A stretch of 64,000 nt of DNA from Trypanosoma brucei (Eukaryota), in assembly GCA_000002445.1 (NCBI GenBank), contig CP000067.1, positions 416,001 to 480,000 on the forward strand, given 5' to 3'. Positions 55,896-64,000 of the stretch are shown here, one piece after another. Numbering within the stretch: the stretch's first letter is position 1; the number at the start of each line of letters is the position of its first letter. Made by a program: the position numbers and the translations under genes. The notes below the pieces were generated by a model, which was given only the letters and a program-made list of their open reading frames with translations, did no database searches and was not told the DNA's origin.

Positions 55896-56080
55896 CACTT
55901 CACTTCACTTCACTTCACTTCACTCTCTTTTCTTTTCTTTTCTTTTTTTTCTTTTTCTTTTTTGCATGTTAAATATTGCCGCAAAACATTTTACAATACG
56001 ACATGAACTCACAAATATATACACATACAAAAAAAAAGAAAAGAAAAGAAAAGAAAAGAGAGTGAAGTGAAGTGAAGTGG
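55896..56080. repeat. Near-perfect inverted repeat with (CACTT)n-(CTTTT)n arms of ~50 bp and a ~78 bp spacer
   Basis: Left arm 55896-55950: "cacttcacttcacttcacttcacttcactctcttttcttttcttttctttttttt". Right arm 56029-56080: "aaaaaaaaagaaaagaaaagaaaagaaaagagagtgaagtgaagtgaagtgg". The right arm is the reverse complement of the left, apart from pentamer unit count. Confidence 0.85.
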
Positions 56081-57083
56081 GAGCGCGCGTAATTTTTTTT
56101 TTTAAAAACAACAAAAAAAGAAGGAATGAATGAAATAAGTGATGCACAAATGAGTGGAGATATGCTTGCGTCTGCGTCTGCACGAGGAGAGAGAAAAAAG
56201 TGCCACAAAAAGAAAAAAAGAAAGAGAAGAAAACTATGCTCGACCCTGATACGAAATGGAAAATAAATAAATAAATATTGAAGAGACACGAAGATACATA
56301 TACATGACGGCATAAATACATGAATACATACATAAATATAAATATACACAGACGCAATACAACATAGCAAATGCCTCAAAACGGAGATGCAAGAGACAAG
56401 AGTAAAACAAGCAAAAGAAAAAAAAAGAAAAAAGAAAAAAGAAAAAAAAGGAAGCACCGCCTCAGATTTTGTTATTTTAGGTTCGATTTCCTTTTCTCTT
56501 CTTGTCTTTCTTAAATTATTTCTTTTGGACTCTTGTCAGTTTCGCATGGCATTTGTGATCGGCACGTTGCGGAGGCGTTTTCATACGGATGTACAACAAA
56601 AACTCCCCTCCCCTCCCCTCCGCACACGCATCCAAATGTATATGTGTACATAAATTTTTATGTACAAATATATTTTACCAGTCTGTTCTTCTTTTCTTTT
56701 CTTTCTCCTTTTCTTTTTCTTTTTCTTTTCTTTTTCTTTTCCCTTTCTCTTCTTGTCGTGCAGTAACGGGAATAAATAATACAAGAAAGGAAGGATGATG
56801 CCTCGACAGATGATCAACAATAGCAAAAAAATAACAGAAAGCGGAGACGGGGAATAAAACAAAACAATCAAACGTTAATCCTTCACCTATTCTTCCATCA
56901 AATCCCACGTCCCCTACTTCCGTTTTTTTTTCATTTTTTTTTTCTGCTCTGCCTGATGCATTTTCCCCCATCTGTTTCCATTATTTTTTTTTTCCTTAGA
57001 AAAAAGAACCGCTGTGGCGGTAGTGACGCTACTACGAAAACGAAAAAGAAAAAAAAAGGCAGGTAAAACATCTGTACAAAAAC

Positions 57084-58004
57084 CTAGTCATCCCTTCGAC
57101 TACCAATAGGATCTAAAACTTGTAGCCCATTGGCTTGTATGGAGGAACGCCCAGACTCGCATCGCCTACCATTCCCTTGACTACTAGACCTCTCACAACT
57201 TGTTGAAGTGGTTTGTTTGCTCAATGGCGTCATCGCCCGCTTTATTGTTGTCTTCGAGGGTGTCGCAATACTTCGTCCATCATTGCTGCAACTTTTTCCA
57301 GTACCGCCGAGACTGAGTTTCTTTTCTTTCCTTCCACATGAAAGTGGTGTATTTGTCCTCAACACAAGTGTCGCCTCCGTATCCCGAATGGCAATTGTGC
57401 TACTGCTAAGCTTTGGAGCTGGTGAGTTGCCAGGTTGCTCATGACCGGTTCTACTAAGAGGTGCTGTGCTGCGACCACTTGATTTCTGTCCCTCTGCGCC
57501 TAAAGGGGGAAGGGCACAATTATGGCTAATATCTTTCCCTCCTCGTGGGGGTGGTGTGATGTTTTGGGGAAGTGGTAACAACGACGGAACGACGACACGC
57601 GGTGAGCTCATTGCATTGGGACCGTAACGTACCCACGTGTTCGATAACCCGCTGTCGGATGAATACCCAACACCACACTCGTCACATGTGGACGCCGCTG
57701 AATCCTTTCCTCGAAGTTTTGCGCTGAGATCACGCAGGGGGCTGACATTTTTCATCCGTACCTCCGAGCGCGGACTGCTGGTACAACTCCCTCCAGCATT
57801 TACCATTGCGAGAATTGCACTGGAGCCTGCTGGAGTTGTTGCGCCGTGTTCACTGCGATTATGTGGGGATGAGAGCGTTGTTTGAAGATGAGGCACCAAA
57901 TCACTGTCAAGACGCACACCTCGCAAAAGCAACTCATCCTCCCATGTGATGCTGGAAACACGCGTCTTACCAGCCATGCCATCAGGACTATGCTGTCGCA
58001 GCAT
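57084..58004 (-). CDS. Hypothetical Ser/Pro-rich low-complexity protein
   Basis: 306-aa ORF on the transcribed strand, S/T/P-rich. It does not look like repeat translation. No domains recognised. Confidence 0.35.
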   Translation of the reverse strand: MLRQHSPDGMAGKTRVSSITWEDELLLRGVRLDSDLVPHLQTTLSSPHNRSEHGATTPAGSSAILAMVNAGGSCTSSPRSEVRMKNVSPLRDLSAKLRGKDSAASTCDECGVGYSSDSGLSNTWVRYGPNAMSSPRVVVPSLLPLPQNITPPPRGGKDISHNCALPPLGAEGQKSSGRSTAPLSRTGHEQPGNSPAPKLSSSTIAIRDTEATLVLRTNTPLSCGRKEKKLSLGGTGKSCSNDGRSIATPSKTTIKRAMTPLSKQTTSTSCERSSSQGNGRRCESGRSSIQANGLQVLDPIGSRRDD

Positions 58005-58121
58005 GGCAAGTCACTACCTTCTACACGAACTGCTAATCAACCTCTTTGTTTTCTATATGCTTGTCCCGCTCATAGATGCAATGTCAAACAAAGCAAAGAA
58101 AGATAAGGAAATGATGTGCAC

Positions 58122-58122
<1 letters not shown>

Positions 58123-58172
<50 letters not shown>
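58123..58172. repeat. Compound (TA)n-(TG)n microsatellite
   Basis: tatatata...tgtgtgtg. Confidence 0.9.
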
Positions 58173-58725
58173 AGGGAGGAGGGAGCGAAACGATACAAAA
58201 CGAATTGGCAGTGGCAAGTGGCAAGTGACCGAAGAACTGTAATGGGAAGTTACGCGAATTTTGTTTTATAGACAAAACAAAAAAGAAACAGCGGATGCCA
58301 ATTGCGCACATGCAAAAGGCGTATCGAATAGAGTAAGCCCCACATAACAATAACAAAAAGAAGGGAAGAGGGCCACAGGAACAGAAAGAACAAAATGCGG
58401 CTCACCGCCAGGTGTGTAGGCAGCCGGTTCCTTCTCTACCCTCTCTCTTTTATTCGATCCCTTCCCTTCTTTTCTCTCCTTTTATTTGTGCTTCCCTTAT
58501 TCCCATTTAAACTTCAAGACTTGCATCTCTGCTCAAGAAACGTCGTGTACGAAGTGGACAAGAGTAAACACATCACTTTACATGGGAAAATGTAATGGTA
58601 ACATACACAGTAGGAGTCACGGAAGACGGCGGTACATAAACTTCCCCGAAGCAGGCCGCTCTCCCCCACAAGGAAGATATTATGTGCGCGTCAAGTGAAA
58701 AAGACAATACGCAATCATCATTGAG

Positions 58726-59400
58726 CTAATAATCCTCCTCTTCCTCTTCATTCTCTTCCGCTTCTTCTTCCCTCGCACGTCTCCTCGCCTCGCGCCGCCT
58801 CTCACGCTCTAATCGCCGCTTCTCCATTCGTTTCGCCTCGTCGTATTCCTTCATAATAGTGTTGCGGCGAATAACAGCATTCTGCAATACTGCCTCCCAT
58901 TTCGCCGTGGAACTCCCTTCCGCAATCAGACGTGGCGCATTTAAATCATCCGAATCCTTTACAATCTTTCCCTGTACAAAAAACAACATGCAGGGGGTGC
59001 TGCGAACTTCTAAAAACAATAACAGCTCTACGAGCATCTCATATGCCTGTCTGTGCAACTCTTGCTTCTGCACCTTACTGGGTGGGCGCTTCGTAGCAAT
59101 ATACACCGGATCCTTTTCAATAAGTTGCTGAATATTTGTTCGCTCCTCAGGGACAAGAGCGACATTAAAATACCGCACGCGCCGGGTTTGGTGACGGTCC
59201 CGCAGCACAAAACGTTCCTTCACGAGTGGTAACAGTTTGGCGCTGTGTGGACATAAGAAAGTCGTAACTACCAGCGCACAGAGAGCCTCGGGTTCCCCCA
59301 CCACATGTGTCTCAAAATCCTCTTTGCTCAGCAGCGTGACGAACCGCTTGGTTAATTCGTCAACGGAGGAGGCCTCACTATCACGGTCAAGGTCAGACAT
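58726..59400 (-). CDS. Hypothetical protein with thioredoxin-like/phosducin-like core and acidic Arg/Glu C-terminal tail
   Basis: 224 aa. "CALVVTTFLCPHSAKLLPLV" followed by an alpha/beta region, with a C-terminal "RRLERERRREARRRAREEEAEENEEEEEDY". Confidence 0.4.
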   Translation of the reverse strand: MSDLDRDSEASSVDELTKRFVTLLSKEDFETHVVGEPEALCALVVTTFLCPHSAKLLPLVKERFVLRDRHQTRRVRYFNVALVPEERTNIQQLIEKDPVYIATKRPPSKVQKQELHRQAYEMLVELLLFLEVRSTPCMLFFVQGKIVKDSDDLNAPRLIAEGSSTAKWEAVLQNAVIRRNTIMKEYDEAKRMEKRRLERERRREARRRAREEEAEENEEEEEDY

Positions 59401-60191
59401 GGCGCGTAAATGATGAATCTATGCCTTTCACACGCCTTCTTCAAATATATATATATACGTGTGTGCGTGAGAGAGAGAGAGCATTTCATTATATATATAT
59501 ATATATATATAAGAAGGTATACGAAATACTTTACAGAGGAAATGATGATATGGTCAACCGTCAATCTGTCCAACTTTTGTTTTCCTCCTTTAAAACGAAT
59601 TGGATTTTGCAGCTTCAGTATAATAAGTTTACTGATATGAAACACTGACCCTTTCCATGAGGTTCCCTTCAGTCATTGTTCTCTCTTCCACGTCCCGTGA
59701 ATGTGGAAGAGAGAACAATGACTGAAACACAACACTGGGAAGTTCTCACACATACTCCGCTATGAAAGGAAACAACAACAAAAAAGGCTAAACGGAAACT
59801 TTTGCCTGACTGCATCAGATAAAAACAGCCAGACCATCCATCCAGCATTCATCCTTTAAACAGAATACAATGTAGTCACCTTCCCTCACCACTATATGTA
59901 TATATCTTTTATATTTCTTTTACCTCTTTTGTTATACGCTGCTTACATCTTTTAATCGAATATTCACTTGGGTGTGAGGGCCTAAATTGCTAGCGAAAAA
60001 GGGAAATGTACTTCACAGTTTGAAGAAAAGCACTTGTAACCCACACAGACAATTTCTTTATTCAATCCCCCACCTTTCCTCAAGATATCATCAACATGTA
60101 GTGTGCTGGAAAGTGACGAGTGTGTTGAGTGCTTGCTTTCAGATGTTCAGACAGAGAACCAAAGAGAGACAGCGATAAGTGCGGAAACCAA

Positions 60192-61331
60192 CTAAAAACG
60201 GGGTCGCCGCCTTCGCATGGTGTATTTTGTGTCTTCTGATGTTTTAAGGCCAAACTTGCGCCGCTCCGCCTTCTTAAGAAGAACCCACTCCTTCGTTCCA
60301 GTTACGGGACGATTGTCCTTTCGGCGACGTGCACCCGCCTGCCGCCCTCCATGACTACGCGACCGCTTGTGTGCCACTCGACCCCCCACGCGGGCCCCAA
60401 ATCGTTGTCCCTCATCATTTTCCTCCTCACCTTCTTCTTCTCCATCCTCTTCCTCACATTCCTCCTCCTCTTCCACCTCTTCACCTCCTTCATTGCAGAC
60501 AGAGAGTGGACGTGGAGGCATAAAACCACCCGCTACTTGGCCGGCTTGCACGACAAGGTAATGTTTCTTCGCTTTTGTGCTATGAGGAAAGTCTACCACG
60601 ACACCACCAGAGAAACCACATAGCATGGCGGCTCTCGTGATCATATGCAGTTGTTCAACGTTAGCAGGGTAAAACTGAATTGCAGCCTTCGCCCCACGGC
60701 GGAGGGCATTGTAGAGGCATTGGAAAAGAGCACGCAACCGTCTTTGTGGAACTTGGCCGCGGCGGTCACTTTGACAAAGCCACTGCACGGCAGAAATTGA
60801 GACGGCACCATCAAATGCACCCGGGCGGAAGGGAAGTCCCTCACCCATATCTCCTCGCATGACCTCAACTATCGATGGTCCCGGTGGAAGAACAGCTTCA
60901 GCCTCATTTCCATCGCCGTCAGTGCTGTCATGGTCATCATTCTCATTCTCATTCTCATTTTCATCATGAATTGGACCCCAACGCACATCTCGCAAGTCCA
61001 CACCTTCTATTGGTCCCTCATCCTCCTTTTCATCATCTTCCCGCATTAATTCCTCTGAAGCCTTTGCCATTCCGAGCATATCCGTACTAATATCAATCCC
61101 AATCCATGTATGGCCACACTCTCGCAAAACTTCACCACTTAATCCACTACCGCACCCAACGTCGAGGAGCAGCGCCGGACACCCACTTGGAAGTGCGAGG
61201 AGCTCCAGCGCCCGCCGTGTCATGGCTCGTTGAACCATTTGTACGCGGCCGCTACGAGTGTAGCGCTGAGCCCCATCAGCATTGTAAAGAATATCGGGTG
61301 GTGCCTCAAATTCGGGACGTGTTGGCGGCAT
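60192..61331 (-). CDS. BUD23: 18S rRNA (guanine-N7)-methyltransferase Bud23/WBSCR22-like, with acidic insertions
   Basis: N-terminus "PPTRPEFEAPPDILYNADGAQRYTRSGRVQMVQRAMTRRALELL" and SAM motif I "LLDVGCGSGLSG" match Bud23. Later "AVSISAVQWLC" and a basic C-terminal tail. Asp/Glu-rich inserts are present. Confidence 0.75.
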   Translation of the reverse strand: MPPTRPEFEAPPDILYNADGAQRYTRSGRVQMVQRAMTRRALELLALPSGCPALLLDVGCGSGLSGEVLRECGHTWIGIDISTDMLGMAKASEELMREDDEKEDEGPIEGVDLRDVRWGPIHDENENENENDDHDSTDGDGNEAEAVLPPGPSIVEVMRGDMGEGLPFRPGAFDGAVSISAVQWLCQSDRRGQVPQRRLRALFQCLYNALRRGAKAAIQFYPANVEQLHMITRAAMLCGFSGGVVVDFPHSTKAKKHYLVVQAGQVAGGFMPPRPLSVCNEGGEEVEEEEECEEEDGEEEGEEENDEGQRFGARVGGRVAHKRSRSHGGRQAGARRRKDNRPVTGTKEWVLLKKAERRKFGLKTSEDTKYTMRRRRPRF

Positions 61332-62570
61332 TCTTCTTTTCGAATCGTGTTCCTATTTTATTGTGACCGTTTCCTCAACAAATAATTTAGCTTCACCCGC
61401 CCCCCCCCCCCCTCTTTCCCGTCCTTATTTAACCACTATCTATCTCCCACTTGATGAAGCTACTCCTTGAAGTTGTGTGTGTGTGTTTTAAAAACACAAA
61501 AAAAAACAACAGCAGTTCCCCTGTGAGCAGAAACCAAAACTGTAAAATATGGCGGGACTAAAGGACCTTCCCACCCACCCCCCCTTTTCCTCTGAGCTGA
61601 ATTATTACCCAGCACATCATTAAAATGAAATGAAAAATAAAAAAAAATAAAACAAGAGGCACCGAAAAAAGAGTGGAAAAAAAAGAAGAAAAGAAAAGAG
61701 AATGATAAACAACATCAAGTGATGAAAGTACACATGAGTATTCCTTTTTGTTTTACTGTTTTACTTTTATTTCATGCTCCGTCGTCTCCCTTTTTGTTTG
61801 TAAGCGAAAAAGAAAAAAAGAACACATTTCGAGGTCGCGCCTCACGGGATCGTCGAAACACGAGAGGAAAGAAGGAAAACAAAAACCGTGTAAATCAAAA
61901 GGGAAAAGCAAAAAAAAAAAGAAATGAGTAAACAAACCCCAAACACACACGTAAATAAAGAAACTGTAGAGAGGGAAAGAAAAAAAAAAGGATCTGGGGA
62001 ACGAATCGAAATAAAGGTACAACAACTAATAAAAAAGATGAAATGGGAAAAGAAGTGGAACAACGAAGAACCGAATAAGAAAAGAGAAACTGGAACAAAA
62101 AAGAGAGTGTTGCGTACTGGAATCGGTAAACGGCGGTAAAACATAAAACAAAACGCGTAAAAGTAATAACGAAAGCACAGCAGAAGCAACAACATCAAAA
62201 CAACAAGAAGCAAAACTAATATCAGTTCCTCCTTTTCTTTTTAAATCTTTTCCTCGCACACTCCCCCCCCTTCCCTCACTGCTACTATTTTTGTTATTGT
62301 TGTAATAATCTTCTCACCCCAACTTTCCTTTTTTTTTCTCTCTCTCTCTCTTCTTCTTTTCCTTTGAAGTTTCTTTTTTTTTTTTATTTTGTCTATTTTC
62401 TCTCTTTTGTTTTGACTTTCCCTTTTTTTCTTTTTTCATACGTATGTGCCTTTGCGTCATGAGAGAAATGTCCTTCATGACGGCTGCTTTTCCACCTCCT
62501 TATATTTCATTTTCTTTTTTTTTACTTTTAAAAGTCCAGCACCATCACCAACACAATAATTAGCAACACA

Positions 62571-62740
62571 ACTAATAATAATAATAATTATTATTATTAT
62601 TAATATAATCAACAACAACAATATCATCAACATCATCATCATCATCATCACTGCTGCTACCGGCGTGTAACACATCCCTTTCTTTTCTTTTCTCCTTTTT
62701 GTTTTTTCTTTTTCTTTTTTCTATTCATATATCCATATAT

Positions 62741-62787
<47 letters not shown>
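62571..62787. repeat. Microsatellite cluster: (AAT)n/(ATT)n, (CAT)n, (TA)n
   Basis: aataataat..attattatt at 62571-62612; catcatcat at 62626-62650; (TA)~21 at 62745-62786. Confidence 0.9.
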
Positions 62788-62789
<2 letters not shown>

Positions 62790-64000
62790 TTATTATTATT
62801 TTGAAAATTTCTTTTTTCTTCTTTCCCCCTCTTTTTTTTATTCACAATCTTCCTTTTCTTCCTATCACTATCCCTAAACTTGACACATTTCCTTTCAAGT
62901 ATAAAACCCTATTTTTCCTTTTTTGTTTTTAAGAAAAAAAAAATTTCCCCTCCTTTTCCCTTTACACACCCTTTGCATATCCCACAAAAAGAAAATAAAA
63001 GATAAAAGATAAATAATAATTAAAACAAAACAACACAACAGCAGCAAAGAAGGAAGGAATAAAAAAAAAAAAAGAGAAAAAAGAGAGTTGTTTTCACTTC
63101 TTTTTTTCTTTCTTTTTTTCTTTCTTTTTTTCTTTCTTTTTTTTTTAATTATTTTTTCTTTTTTTTCCTTTGCTTTGCTTTGTCACCATCACAAAAAAAA
63201 AAAGCAAAACAACAGTTACCATCGCTATCATCATAACCGCGGCCAACTTGCTGCCACGTGGTGGAGAATATTAACAACAGGCTCTAAATGATAATAATGA
63301 AGCGTGTGTAACCGTAAGGGTAAAGGAAGCAGGTAAAAATTAAAAAAAAAACAAACAAACAAACAAACACAACTTCCGTTGATGTTCTTTCATTTGTTCA
63401 TCATTTTGCTAATGTTTCACTTCTAATTCATTTCTCCGGCTGCCATTTTCAGTAGTCTTTTTATTTTAAGTCCTCATAAGCTTCGCCCTTTTCTTTTTTC
63501 TTTTCTTTTTTTTCTTGCCTTTTTTGTTGGTTTGGTTCTAATATCCCTCTGCAACAACATACAGTTATTATTGTTATTATTATTGTTGTTGTTGTTGTTG
63601 TTTTCCCCCATCTCTCTCTCTCCTGAAATAAGTGAGTTTCTCACCAACGCAAGACAAAAAAAAAAAAGAAAAAAAAAGTGAAAAATGAAAATGAAGGAAA
63701 CAACAACTTTTCCTCCATGATGTAAAAGGAAAAGAGCCGTAAACAAAGGTTTAGGAAATTGTAAAAATAAATACAAACAAAAAAAATTTACCGATGGTTT
63801 ACACCAATTTCCTCATAAAAACTTAAAAAACAAAACAATAAAAGAAAAGAAAAGAAAAGAAAAAAAGAAAACACGTCTGGAGGAATCTTCATGCATCTCC
63901 CTTCAGCCAATGTTACACAACCTCTTTCTCTTCTTCATTTTATCACTTCTGTAAAAAAAAAAAAAACAACAATCGATTACGTCTTTTTTTCTTTTTTTCT

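Noticed and set aside
1-64000. Prokaryotic interpretation: operons, CRISPR, defence islands, phage or IS elements
   Set aside because: The gene content is eukaryote-specific (URM1, SRP68, eEFSec, TTBK, CCP, NME7-DM10). Microsatellite-rich spacers are 1-3.5 kb long. There are no Shine-Dalgarno-spaced, tightly packed ORFs and no repeat-spacer arrays. Transposase, integrase and RT ORFs are absent.

Overview
The window reads as a nuclear chromosome segment from a kinetoplastid, most consistent with Trypanosoma brucei. All 28 protein-coding genes I can support lie on the minus strand as one intron-less polycistronic unit, so transcription runs from high to low coordinates. There is no strand-switch region, no tRNA or rRNA gene, no CRISPR array, no recognisable retroposon, and no prokaryotic operon signal. 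Coding GC is about 50%, and the intergenic DNA is low-complexity: (TA)n, (CA)n, polypurine and polypyrimidine blocks. The gene order (RRP6 through tandem RPL3, then eEFSec and URM1) fits what I recall of T. brucei chromosome 4, but I could not check that. Genes recognised with high confidence are RRP6, a tandem RPL3 pair, eEFSec (SelB), URM1, SRP68, RPS19, a cytosolic M14 carboxypeptidase, a TTBK-like CK1-group kinase, NME7-like NDK, a calcyphosin-like EF-hand protein, a rhodanese, a patatin-like phospholipase, a mitochondrial carrier, a nucleotide-sugar transporter, a cytochrome-b5/MAPR heme-binding protein, a kinetoplastid-type PPP phosphatase and Bud23. Several ORF-track N-termini translate the polypyrimidine splice-acceptor tract, so I moved those starts to the first plausible downstream ATG. 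I see no clear novel multi-gene system. The items worth follow-up are a near-perfect ~50 bp inverted repeat with a ~78 bp spacer at 55.9–56.1 kb, five unusually long ORF-free regions, repeated G/C homopolymers of 11–14 nt, the near-identical RPL3 duplication, a complex ORF-free island upstream of RPL3, and a few hypothetical proteins (a β-helix protein, a Cys-loop membrane protein, and a small single-pass membrane protein). All calls rest on reading the translations and motifs by eye; no searches were run.
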